Part shown: positions 24,100-36,169 of the stretch, piece by piece
How positions within the stretch are numbered: position 1 is the stretch's first letter
Layout: each line of letters starts with the position of its first letter
DNA from: Octopus vulgaris
Taxonomy: Eukaryota
Length of the DNA: 64,000 nucleotides
Direction: 5' to 3'
Assembly (NCBI GenBank): GCA_951406725.2
Contig: OX597830.1
Span: forward strand, 53,072,001-53,136,000
The notes under the pieces: generated by a model
The model's input: only the letters and a program-made list of their open reading frames with translations
What the model was told of the DNA's origin: nothing
Database searches by the model: none
Position numbers and translations under genes: made by a program

Positions 24100-25326
24100 T
24101 CATTTGTGCAGATCCATGGTATATTTCTGCCTATGTTCTCGAATATTTTTTTTCTGTATATCTATTAACTGCTGTATCTGCATTTGTAGTTCACCAAATT
24201 GTTCTTGTCCACCTGTGGCATTTGAAGCTGAGGCAAGTGTAACAGAAGAGGGGAGAGGGTTTGTTAATGCCTGAGAAGAGTGCAAGTTAGACAGCCCGCT
24301 TCCATTAGACTCTAGGTTGTGTCCGATTAGTTTTTCATTGTCCAGCCTTAAATCTGAACCTTGACAATAAGAGTTATAGCGTAATGATTGCGATGCAGAC
24401 AACTGTTGCTGTTTGGATCCACTTTTGTAAGGTGTCTGAGATGTATCACACACTTTCTGTCTTCGAGCAGAGTTCCTATATGTCGAATCAAACTGTACAT
24501 CATTCGAAGTGCAAGAAGGGTTTACAACGGGGTAAGCATTATTTGGATTAAAATGTGACTTACTAGAAGTAGCTGAGCTCTGTAGCATGGGATCGATTCT
24601 GCCTGTCACTGATTTCTGTGAATAGGGGTCTATATGACCCTTCATGTTAACCATATGGTTCACATCTTTCATACGGTCTAAGGGGGGATAGTCCACCTTA
24701 CTATTGTGTAGTTGTTTCATGCTAACATTTGCAGAACCCGTATGGTTATCAAGTTTTAATCGGTTTTGATTGCTCCATTTGCCAGACACTTGGCTAGACC
24801 CGGGTAATTTAGCCTCACCATCACACGGAGGAATGGGAGTTTTTATAGTTAGTTTCAGAGGTGCATTCTGATGGGGACGCACAATGTGTGAATGTCTATC
24901 AGATAAGGACTTAGAATCTGCACGTGGCACAGAACTTTTGTGCATCTTTTTTCTTTGATCAAGTTTTGGATTACTACTACTACTACTACTACTACTGCTG
25001 CTACTACTAACTGAAGCAGCAGCAGCAGCAGAAGCTGCTGCATGTGTTGCTGGAACTCCAGGAACACCAACAGCAGTAGAGTCCAATGGAAAACTAGATT
25101 TTTCAGACTGTGATAGTACTTTCACAGGGGTTTCCACCTTGAAGCGGACCTTCCGGTCTGAAGGCGAAGAGGCAATGTTCAAGCGTTCCTTCGTGAAATC
25201 GCTTTCGGCAGATGGACCAGGACTGCTACCAATGGCTGTAGAATTAGACGTTCCTCGTATATCAAGACGACTTTTCTTTTCAGGTGGTCCATCCTTGTCT
25301 TTATCATCATCTTTATCTCGACCAGA
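24100..25326 (-). CDS. CCNT: Cyclin T large terminal coding exon (disordered C-terminal tail, 408 aa)
   Basis: ttgtttatttgtag|SGRDKDDDKDKDGPPEKKSRL... is in frame with ORF 24100..25182 and ends KYTMDLHK-TGA. Phase 0 matches the previous exon. Contains Ala/Ser low-complexity tracts. Confidence 0.9.
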   Translation of the reverse strand, partial: SGRDKDDDKDKDGPPEKKSRLDIRGTSNSTAIGSSPGPSAESDFTKERLNIASSPSDRKVRFKVETPVKVLSQSEKSSFPLDSTAVGVPGVPATHAAASAAAAASVSSSSSSSSSSSSNPKLDQRKKMHKSSVPRADSKSLSDRHSHIVRPHQNAPLKLTIKTPIPPCDGEAKLPGSSQVSGKWSNQNRLKLDNHTGSANVSMKQLHNSKVDYPPLDRMKDVNHMVNMKGHIDPYSQKSVTGRIDPMLQSSATSSKSHFNPNNAYPVVNPSCTSNDVQFDSTYRNSARRQKVCDTSQTPYKSGSKQQQLSASQSLRYNSYCQGSDLRLDNEKLIGHNLESNGSGLSNLHSSQALTNPLPSSVTLASASNATGGQEQFGELQMQIQQLIDIQKKNIREHRQKYTMDLHK

Positions 25327-26110
25327 CTACAAATAAACAAACACAACATTTAAACTCTCAAAAGTAACACAAGAGATATATCAAAAGATTCAGAGTCAAG
25401 AAATTCTTAACCTTCCACCCCGACAAGAAACTAACCATTAGCTTTGAGTAGTCAGCTGATTTACTTAAATTCACCCCACCCCATACACATACCCAGCTGA
25501 TTTACTGAAATTTACACACACAGACCATTGATTTACTTACTGTCTCTCTCTCACACATGATTGATTAACTTAATAAATTTACTTGAATTAGAAGCTGGTG
25601 GTGATAAAACTATCACAAGCTATGAAAATCTACAAAACGACCAAATACTGTAGATAATGGTATTGTTAATTACTGAGTGGTTTTAGTCGTTGGACTGTGG
25701 CCACACTGCCTTCAAGGTTAAACTCGGTCCTTTTTTGGCATCTTCAGATGGTTGAAAAGCCAAGTCAACCTCAGTGAAATTTGAGCAGAACATGCATTGC
25801 TAATCAATTCATCAACTAAAATAAACAGAACCTATTGAGTACATGCAAGCAATAACAGTCAAATCTACAAGTCTTTCATTGTTGACTTTAAAAAGAAAAT
25901 ATAAGAGGGAGACATTTGATAATGTAATCATATGCACAATATCTAACAAGAGACAATGATTATGGTTGGGACATCTTTGGTTATGGGTTTGCTAGGTCAT
26001 AGCTGAGTACAGGCTAAACAGCAACTGACTATTCAAATGAAACACTGGGGGTCATTTACTCTGTACTGGTGGAAAATTCAATTGTAAAAGAAGTACATTT
26101 TAATACATAC

Positions 26111-26184
26111 TCTCCAAGTCATGATTTTTTTCTTTAATCGAGTTGGACATCCATCAAGAACTTCTAGGAAATCGATGGTAAGCT
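26111..26184 (-). CDS. CCNT: Cyclin T exon (vertebrate exon 8 equivalent, end of cyclin domain/TRM region)
   Basis: ctctcaatcag|(E)LTIDFLEVLDGCPTRLKKKIMTWR|gtatgt. 74 nt. Phases continue correctly. Confidence 0.93.
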
Positions 26185-27734
26185 CTGATTGAGAGAAGAT
26201 ACAAGACAAATAAGACAGAATTTAACAAAGCAACAAAATAGATGCCTTAATACAATATCAGGATAATGGTAAAAGATGGCCTCATAAAAAACTTAGGAAG
26301 GGTCTCCAACTGTAGAAACCATGCCAAAGTCAACACTAGAGATGAAAGTACTCTGGTTCAAACTATCGAACCCATGCCAGCAAAGGAGACATGTTAAATG
26401 ATGATGTGAAATACAAGTAATATGGATTTTTCTTATTTAAAAATATGCCCTAACTTTTTTGGAGTTTGACAGACAAATATATAAGTTAATCAAATACCAA
26501 CAGTCTGATTTTGAGGCTTTTTTTTTATTTTTACCATCTTACAATGTTAGAAAGTACAAGTTTTATAAAATATTTTTAAGTAAATGTCTATGTTAGGTGT
26601 TTGTTAATGCTACTACATAAACATTAACCTCAAAATTGGTATAAAATTGATAGTGTAAAATTGTAAAAATAAAATGTGATATTCAGACTGTTAGAATTTG
26701 AATGACCCATGTGTGTGTGTGTGTGTTAACAGACATTTTAATGTCCACTATTCTATGCCTACATGGGTCATGAATTTTACCAAGGTAAATTGTCTATGGC
26801 TTGATGCCCTTCCTGTCACCAACACTCGCTTTGTTACCAAATAATGTGATATTTTCCCAGGGCCAGATGTTTCCAGGAAAAATTTGAAACAAAGGACACT
26901 GTTTGTATGGTGGTGACACTTATTTACAACTATTGCATGATGTCAAGACAAGGAGACACGCATACTTATAAGACAGGTTTCTTTCAGTTTCTGTCAATTA
27001 AATCCATTCACAAGGCTTTGGCTAGCCAGGAGCAATAGTAGAAGACACTTGTCCAAGGTGTTACATCATGGGACTAAACCCCAAAACATGTGATTGGGAA
27101 GTAAATTTCTTAACCACACACCCACAAAATACATATACTTTTCATAAAATTCAGTATTCATTATATATTTAGTAAACAGCCCAAATAAAATATTTTCTTC
27201 AATAATAATCTTTTACATTTAATATATCTTTTAATTTCCATTTCCAATGGAATTTTAAAAATTTAACATTAAGAAAATGAATTTATCTCTAGTTATTAAT
27301 GTTCAATTTCATAAATTTCAATTAATACAAAATTATTTTGATTAGCCAAGAGTTTTATGTGTACTTAATTAAAATGAATTTATAATGAAACATTAGATTA
27401 AAAAGCTAACATTATTATTTACAACGGATTTCTAAGGAAGCATAAACAGCAAGTCATTTCTCTGACATTTGCTTACTTACGTTCTATTAAGAGCAACTAA
27501 TATCATAAGATACCCCCACTTCAAACATCACTGTTGTTAGCTTTTCCTATGAAATAGGAACAAACCTACAGCTAAGACAGTGTGAAGGTGAGGTTATGAT
27601 ACTTGCTCAAAGGTTTTCTAGGTTTTCTATTTTTTACAAACCAGATTTTTACATAGGAAGGTGTATAAGTCAGAATTTCAGATCCATGAGCTAGATGTCT
27701 GTAGGCTGTACTGAAGATAAGACACAATGCTCAC

Positions 27735-27807
27735 CCTCAAGAAGATCTGGAGTGACAGACTTTTCAACGTACGAATACCAGGGTTTCCCTTCAGCAGATG
27801 ACTGCAA
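27735..27807 (-). CDS. CCNT: Cyclin T exon (3' part of vertebrate exon 7)
   Basis: tttttctcag|LQSSAEGKPWYSYVEKSVTPDLLE|gtgagc. 73 nt. Similar to the cyclin T segment GKHWWEYVDxTVTLELL. Confidence 0.92.
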
Positions 27808-28628
27808 CTGAGAAAAAGAAAAAAAAAAAAAAAGAAATATACATAAATTTGTTGTGTAATACATGGATTCTATATAAATAAATATATCTGCACGGTCAGT
27901 CATCACCTACTCTCCCTTCTACCAACTCATGCAACCTTCTACCAACTCATGCAACCTTCACTAACCCTCAGTCTTGATTCCTGTCCCTACTCACCTCATA
28001 TGTTGAGGGTCCACGCAGACATCTTATCACTAAAATTATCTCTTTCCAGCTCCATCTGATCACTCCCACCTTCATGTCTAACATGAGTAGTCCTCTACAA
28101 CAGGAAACCTGTCCTGGCCCTTTTCCTCATATTTTAACCCATCTCCTAGCATTCAGATGCCTCCTTGGGGTTCTTAGCCTTGCAAGCTGCATGGTGGCCT
28201 CATACAAGTTAGTGGCACAAGAACAAGAAAAAGAGCACACAATAAATGCCGTAAAGGGGTCAGCTGTAGAAATGAAGCCAAAATAGATACTAAAACACGA
28301 TGCAGTCCTTGGACCCATCATACTCCGTCGAAACATCCAACCCATGGCAGCATGGAACATGGAGATTAAATGACAATGATAACTGTTAAACTGCTATATT
28401 TCACTTCAAATACAAACTGCAAAAAATCAGTTTATATGCCTGCGTTTATGTGTGTTTTACAAGGAATCTTTAGTCTTTACTGATTATCTTTCGTGTTACT
28501 GACATAATTTGATCCCCTATGAGAGAGCCAGTTCCTTTTTTTCCATCTTAGACTGGTGTGAGTAAATACTGTAAGAGTGTATCTGTGGGGGAGTTTGTAA
28601 AAATAAATTAAAAGCAAAATGAACTTAC

Positions 28629-28719
28629 CTCCCAGCTACCCCACCTACTAGCAAGATGTATACAGACACAAGCAACGACTGTTGGTTTGTACATCAAGCA
28701 CATTGTGGTTAAATGCAAA
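28629..28719 (-). CDS. CCNT: Cyclin T exon (5' part of vertebrate exon 7)
   Basis: ttttggacag|(S)[30 protein letters not shown]|gtaagt. 91 nt. Confidence 0.95.
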
Positions 28720-28964
28720 CTGTCCAAAAAAAAAAAGAAAAATATTCAATGTTAGCTGACAGAAAATTCAAAATAGAATACAACAAAATACATCATTTCA
28801 CAAATTATTAATCTGGGAGAAATTTTTCACAACAAAGTAAAAAGACCTTTCTTGTTTTAATATTGTTGGTAGTGTCACACAAAAAACACCCTGTACACTC
28901 TGTAATATGGTTGGCATTTGAAAGGGCATCCAACTTTAGAAACCATGCCAAAGTAGACAGTAGA

Positions 28965-29240
28965 GTTTGGTACAGAGGAAAGCGAAGTGGACAGGTGAAC
29001 AGGTTGATGTGTTTGCCAACAAAATCAGGAGATTGGCAAAACTTGCAGGATACACTGACAAGGCACTGGAACGAACAGTCAAATTAGCATTTGTGACAGG
29101 ATTTCCTGACCACATGTTGGTCGAATTGCAAAAGCAGCCAAATATTCACTCCATGGCGATGGGAGAGGTAATATCTAAGGCCAGAGTCCTTGCCTCATGT
29201 TGCAGGACAACACCACTAGCAGTGACTGCAACAACGAGAA
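28965..29240 (+). mobile_element. Gag-like fragment of an LTR retrotransposon in a cyclin T intron
   Basis: GEQVDVFANKIRRLAKLAGY...VKLAFVTGFP resembles the gag major-homology region (GE.V..F...L..LA). Confidence 0.55.
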
Positions 29241-29359
29241 GGGTGATTCTGTTAGCCATTCTACAGGCAGGGATATTTACACAGCCCCACCCACCACCAC
29301 CACTGAAAAAAAGAAAAAGAAAAGAAAACAATGAGATGAATTGATAGACAAGAACATAC

Positions 29360-29405
29360 CTGTTTGTTGCAAGGAAGTATGATGTCTGAGCAAGATCCTT
29401 ACTGG
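29360..29405 (-). CDS. CCNT: Cyclin T exon (vertebrate exon 6 equivalent)
   Basis: aattttcag|(A)SKDLAQTSYFLATN|gtatgt. 46 nt. Confidence 0.95.
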
Positions 29406-31195
29406 CTGAAAATTAAAAGTAGAAAAATAAAGCATGTCCAACAAGAACATCCAATAATTCAATAGAATTATTTTGTATTATCATAATCATCATTGTTGTT
29501 ATCTATGTTCTGAGTTCAAATCCTACTGAAACTAACTTGACCTTTCATCTCTCCACACTTGATAAAACTAAGTTCCAGTCAATGCTGCATATAAATCCCC
29601 TTCCCTCAAAACTGCTGGTTTTAAGCCTAAATTAGAAGCAATTATTATTATTATTATTATTATTATCATTACTAAGGCAGTGAGTTGGCAGAATAATTAG
29701 TATGATGGACAAAATGCTTCGTAGTATTTCACCTGTTGCTATGTACTGAGTTCAAACTCTGCCAAGGCTGACTTTGCCTTTCATCCTTTCAGGGTCGATA
29801 AATTAAGTACCAGTCAAGTACTGGGGTTGATGTGATTGACTATACCCTACCCCTCAAATTCCAGGCCTTGTGCCTGTAGCAGAAAGGATTATCATCATCA
29901 TGAAGGCGGTGAGTAAAATTAGCAGACTGGGGAAAATGCTTAGCAAACATTTCATGTTCTGAGTTCAAATTCTGCAAAAGTCAGCTTTGCCTTTCATTCT
30001 TTTGATCAATAAAATTAGTACCAGTTGAGTACTGGGATCAATGTAATTGACCTACCCACTCAACCGAAATTGCTGGCCTTGTGCCAAAATTTTAAAGCAT
30101 TATTAGGGTTAATCTACCTATTTTTGACAGCTTGAAAGATGTAGAAATTGTTGAATTGCCATAACATTGTTGGCTAATTAATTTCTCACTGCTTTTTGTT
30201 CACCCTCAATAATATTTCAGTCATCTATGTTAGATAAAAACAGAACGAATGTTAGGGATTAAGAAGTTTCACTATTAACTCCCCATGTATTATATGTCTC
30301 ACATTACCACTGACCTTTCAAAGAATATGAACATCCATTTCCTAAAACTTCAACTTTATCAAGCAGAAAAGTTAAACTTGATGGAATATAGGTGCACACA
30401 ATTACATTTAACATATCTGTGTAATCACAAATGCAGAAAGACCTTCACTGTGGAAATTATATTTGGAGGGAAAATCTCCTTTCAGACAATGTGTGAAAAA
30501 CATACCACTGGGCCATGAATGACATCATCACACAGTAGAAACATTTCTGTGTTGTTACACTTCAGCTATGAGCAACAAATTCATTGTTCAAAGCCCACTA
30601 AGAACTGCCATTCTAATACTTAAACAGCCAATAAAACATTTGCTGATGTGTGCAAACCTTAGTCAGGCTGGAATTAATGAACTAGAGGCACACTAAATAG
30701 TGCTGATAGAAGTATAGGTGTATACAATTATAATTAAAATGAACATGTTGGATAAACTGTACACATCTATTTTTCAATCAAAACGACTTAGCATGCTTCT
30801 AGTTAATCTTGATGGCTTTTGAACCTATAACAACAACTTCAAGGCATTTAAACCAGTATTCTACAGTTAGAAATATCTATAAGATTACACATTGTAAGGG
30901 TGGAGGATATTCAATTAATATGACTTCCAACCCCAATACATAGGCAGTACTCATTTCATCAACACTCAGAGGGATGAAATAAAATTTCAAAAGATTTGAT
31001 AATAGGATTTGAAGTCTGAACATTAAGGGATCCAATAAAATACTATGGTCTGATTCCACCGCTTAAATTAATACAATGAACTATTTATATACAACCCTCG
31101 TTTATATAAAGAAATTGAAACTGGAAGTGAGTGGAGAAGTATAAAGAAAGGGATGAGGGAAATAATAACAACAACAGCAACAAGGGGTTACTAAC

Positions 31196-31258
31196 CTCGC
31201 ACCATTTGACAGGTTTTGACAACATGAGTGTGAGGATGATCAACAGTTAAATCAAAAC
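31196..31258 (-). CDS. CCNT: Cyclin T exon (vertebrate exon 5 equivalent)
   Basis: tttgtttacag|(G)FDLTVDHPHTHVVKTCQMVR|gttagt. 63 nt. Diagnostic DHPHTHVVK motif. Confidence 0.95.
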
Positions 31259-32885
31259 CTGTAAACAAAAAGGAATCATTGCTGAAATATTCTCATAACA
31301 TCAACAACATAAATGCTTCATTTATTTATGATTAGATCATTTAACAATACTTCACAGTGTGTGTATAAAACTAAGAGTACCTGTAGAAATTCCAGTCCAT
31401 TTTGTGATACACTGTCAGCCATAAATATCTCCCCACTAGGTAATAATATCTGTCATTTCCTTCATAATCTTAATTAATTTCTAGGAAATCTTGTCTATTC
31501 TTTTCAGTCATGTGCTCTCATCTAACATTTTCTCATTCTGGCTTTTCTTGCCTATCATTGTTCATATTTCGCCTTCTTTTAATAACAATTTTCAATCTTC
31601 CCCTTTTAACTTCATCTTTATCGTTTCCAGGTTCAGTTCTCGCATTAATTTCGTTTCTTTCCTCCCTGAGTTAATGCTTATCATTCCTTATTCTCCTCTC
31701 TTTATTTCTAATTCTTACACTTTCTCTCTGCCCTTTTCCCAATCTTTCCCTGTATTTTTCTCTGCCTTGCTCAATTCAATTCTTGCTGTTGTGCTCTATA
31801 ATTATTGTCCACTGTAACAGACCAAACTCCATGTCAGTAATAAAATAATTCAAGAAGCACTTGATATTATATAACTCATAAAAACCCATATCCAGGAAAC
31901 AGTGTAACACATACACCCCACTCACACATACACAGCTGTCGTGTGCATGTTGCATGTGTGCACATGCCAATAGTGTTCATATATGTGACTGTGTGTGTGT
32001 GCATGCATGCATGCACATTTTAGCAGCATTTGTTTGAATCTCTCTCTCATGTACACTTTTGCTGTACCCTCTCTGCAATGCGACAGATTTTTTTTTATAC
32101 CACAAGAATCTACAAAAGATAGAATCCTTGAGCTTTTGAACAATTTGTTTAACCCATTCCATTATTTGGTAGCAAACATCTTTTACTCAGTGCTTGCATC
32201 ACCGTTCTGCTTTTACATATGACAAAGGTGAGTGAAAAACGGAAGGTGACAATCAGAGAAATCAAAATAGAGTTGTTAAACATTATTTCACTCCATAAAG
32301 AAGTTCTGCAAGATAGAATGTCTGTTTATAGAAGTTGCAGGACATCAAGACAGCTCACTTTGCAACTACGTGGTTCTGGGTTCAAGCTGACCATGTGGCA
32401 ACTGGGGCCAGTGTCATTTACTATTGTCTCAGGTTGGCCAATGCTTTGTGAGAGGAATTTGTTGGTAAACAGAGACTGTGTGGAAACAATGGCCTGTACC
32501 ATCATCATCATTTTGATGTCCACTTTTCTTTGCTTGCATGGGTCAGACAGAGTTTATTGAGGCAGATTTTCTACAGCTGAGTGCCCTTTCTGTTACCAAC
32601 CACCATCAGTTTCCATCCAAGCAAATATTTCTCATAGCCAAACATGTTTATGTAGAAAATTAAAAATGACTGATATTGCTTGTAAGACAGTGACACTCAT
32701 TTACAACTACCACATAATATCAAGACAGGCACATACTAACACACACACAAGGGATTTTTTTCCCTTCTACCAAATCTGTTCACAAGGCCTTGGTCAGCCT
32801 ACGCGTATAGCAGAAGACACTAGCCATGCAGTGGGATTGAACCCAATCCACGTGGTTGGAAAGAAAACTTCTTAAACCAATGTAT

Positions 32886-33086
32886 ACTCTTTTACTTGTT
32901 TCAGTCATTTGACTGTGGCCATGCTGGAACACCGCCTTTAATCGAGCAACTTGACCCTGGGACTTATTCTTTTGTAAGCCCAGTACTTATTCTATTGGTC
33001 TCTTTAGCTGAACCACTAAGTAACGGGGACATAAACACACCAGCATCGGTTGTCAAACAATGCTAGGGGGACCACAATCACACACA

Positions 33087-33141
<55 letters not shown>

Positions 33142-33315
33142 ATACATATATACGACGGGCTTCTTTCAGTTTCCGTCTACCAAATCCACTCACAAGGCTT
33201 TGGTCGGCCCGAGGCTATAGTAGAAGACACTTGCCCAAGGTGCCATGCAGTGGGACTGAACCCGGAACCATGTGGTTGGTAAACAAGCTACTTACCACAC
33301 AGCCACTCCTGCGCC
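32886..33315 (-). mobile_element. Bipartite SINE (family B head + internal (TA)n/(TG)n + second module)
   Basis: Near-identical element at 43500-43899 and an older copy at 44440-44797. ccaatgtat is repeated at 32877-32885 and 33314-33322. Confidence 0.85.
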
Positions 33316-34284
33316 AATGTATGTGTGTATTTATGTTTTTATATTTATACCTTTTGCCAATGTATACCAGCAAAAGCTCTAAGTGATGGTGAGAAATGGT
33401 AGAAATAAGAAAGAAAAAAAAAATGAGTGTTGTCAATCTCAACAAAAGAAATACAATGAACTAGTAATTGGTTTGTTACATGTAATTAATGCAATTGCAA
33501 CAAGAAATATCTTATTTTACTTACCCTCCCTTATCCCCCCCCTGACTAGAACTGCACCCCTTCCCTGCTTTTCTATTCCTCCTCAGTCTTGCCAGTTAAG
33601 AAATAGTCATCATCAGTGTTCATGCCATGATAAAAACATCCAGTATACTTTGTAAAGTGGTTGGCACAATGAAGGGCACCCAGTCATAGAAACCTTATCA
33701 AAGCAAACATTGGAGCAGGATACAATCCTCCAACTCAATAGATCCTGTTGAACTGTTCAACCCATGCCAGCATGGAAAGCTGGCATAAAATAATGATATC
33801 TAATTGATTTATATGTCATGTCTAACGAACAACAATTATCTTAGACTGGTTATCAAATACACTGATGAGTGATTACATAAGAGAACATATAAATTAAATA
33901 CATAGAGGAAAAGTTGTGGTGTGATTGTGTCCAACCTGTGACAAAGTAGCAAGAAAGACAATGATGATGGAGAGGGGGTGAGTTTGTGGTAATGGTTATG
34001 TACATACTTTATACAAGGCAATAAAACCCACTCCTACACCCATCCCATGAACTTTGACAGTCAAAACTAAAAGTACAACCAGTGTGCTTTTTTTTTCAGT
34101 GGTATTTAAATACCACAGTGTGAGGGTAATTTGGTAGATATAATCATAACATTCACCCCTAGCCCATTTCCTGAGACTAGTCGAAAGGTGACAAGTACTC
34201 CACTGTGCCTCTGACTAAAAGGCATGACAAAATAAAATAAAATAGATCACAATATACATAAAAGAATACAAATGAGACACTTAC

Positions 34285-34345
34285 CAAGCGTTTGTAGAAG
34301 TATATTCTCATTTCTCACCAATTCTGTTGTCATCATCAGATAAGT
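34285..34345 (-). CDS. CCNT: Cyclin T internal exon (first visible; equivalent to vertebrate exon 4)
   Basis: ttctgtttcag|TYLMMTTELVRNENILLQTL(G)|gtaagt. 61 nt. Matches the cyclin T helix ending ILQTLG. Confidence 0.93.
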
Positions 34346-36169
34346 CTGAAACAGAATGAAAGGAAAAAAAATTACTATATTTATTCACTGGGGGAAAATG
34401 CTTTTTTTTTTTGTTTTGTTTTTTAAAGTTAGGTTTAGTTCATTTTATTTTTGCTATGACTGTTTTCAGTATTGAAGTAAACAAAAGGAAGGAAACAGTG
34501 ATATGATAATTAGAGAATTTATAATGGAGCAGCAATGGACATATGTAACTACTACAGCAGGAATGATTTCAATAATTTGAAATTGTTCATGTAAGAGATA
34601 TTTGAAGTTATTAAAACACTGTGGTCTTTAATAACTTAATATATTTAAAAATACTGAGAAGTTAAATTGACACGTTCATAAACCAAATCATTTAAAATAT
34701 TTTGAGTTGCTTCCCTTATGCAACAAAAATAAATGTAAACTTTCTTACAAGGTAAGAAGAAACAAAACAATTTGAAAGTAGACAACAGGTTGATTTGGGG
34801 TAAAAGGTAGTATGTCGTTACAGAAGATGTGACCCAAGTCCTCAAGACAGCTTGCTGCCATCCAACCCCCTTTCGTGCAAAGGGATTCTATCCTAATGTA
34901 TTATAAAGCTGTTATCTATAGCTGAATCCACTTGGAGATAAATCATCATTAAAAACTTGTTTTATCTTTTACTTGTTTTTAGTCATTGACCTTTGGCCAT
35001 GTTGGGGCACTGCCTTGAAGGGTTTAAGTTCAACCCTAGTCCTTATTTTTTTAAAGTCTGCAACTGCTATTTACATATGTGTTCTAAATGTAAAGAAACC
35101 AATTTAATTTTTTTGAAATATAAAAATAAAAGTAGCTTGGAAGAAGAGCAACAAAAAAGCAAAAACAGACAAACAAAAAATTAACAAGTTGAAATGGAAA
35201 TTGTGAACAGAATCCACATGATTAATCTTTCTTCAAAAGAAAATATGCATGGAATTTAATCATGTGTAATGAGTATACTTAGTGTGTGTGTGTGTGCACG
35301 CACACCCATCCATGTGTCCTCATTCGTCCCTATGTCCCTGTCTGCGTCGACTTGCCAAACTTCTCAAAGTTTACATGTACCTAATTTCACTAATTTTAAT
35401 CAAGGTTTGAATCTTGATTGAATCCACACTCATATGGTAAGCATTCGGCCATGACAATACTCAAGCCTTGTTTTAATTACACTGGCATCTGGTTCAACAA
35501 CCATCCACCACCACTGCTGCTACAGGTCAACTCAACTGGATGACCTCCTGATATTGGTAAAGTGGTAACACCAAAACAGTAATGAAACAATAGACAATAA
35601 TGTATATGGTCGCAGCTTTGAAATAAATGGAAAAAGCTTAACTGGTGCAACACAATTCGAACATTTAACTGTTGTGTGTGAAATGAGAAAGAGGGGAGGG
35701 CACAAGAATGTGCTACAAAGATAGTGGAGTAAAGTGAATGGGGGTCAATAGAAGTTGAAGCCACTATTAGTGCAATGGGAAAATGACCCTTAGTGTGTTA
35801 GGCAGGGTTTACAAATGAACTAAACAATTGAAGAAAAAGAAAGTACTCATCTAATTTATGTCAACAAATGAGATTTAAAGTTGCTGTTAGTGTCACATAA
35901 ATCAAAATAATTATGACTAAAATGCATTTACATTTCTGTCAACGAGTATACAAATTTTATATTATATCAGATTGATGAGAAGTTCATTTGAAATATTAAA
36001 AATAATAATCCTTTCTGTCATAGTCACCAGGCATGAAATTTTGGGGGAGGGGGCAAGTCAATTATATCAACCCCACTGCTCATCTGGATACTTATTTCAT
36101 CAACTCCAAAAAGATAAACGGGTAAGTCAACCTCAATAAAATGGCAGCGGCAGCAGCAACAGCAGTAGT

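Noticed and set aside
24100-25182. 360-aa ORF as a stand-alone gene
   Set aside because: It begins at a TTG and extends in frame to the acceptor at 25326; it is the last exon of cyclin T.
27915-27959. 20-bp tandem duplication (also a 24-bp one at ~10499-10553)
   Set aside because: Simple slippage duplications in non-coding DNA with no sign of function.
31470-31815. Hydrophobic 108-aa ORF suggesting a membrane protein
   Set aside because: Pyrimidine-rich antisense of a purine-rich, probably retroelement-derived segment inside an intron.
33060-33386. Recurrent similar small ORFs (LPKVPCSGTEP..MWL) at several loci
   Set aside because: Translations of SINE family B copies, not a gene family.
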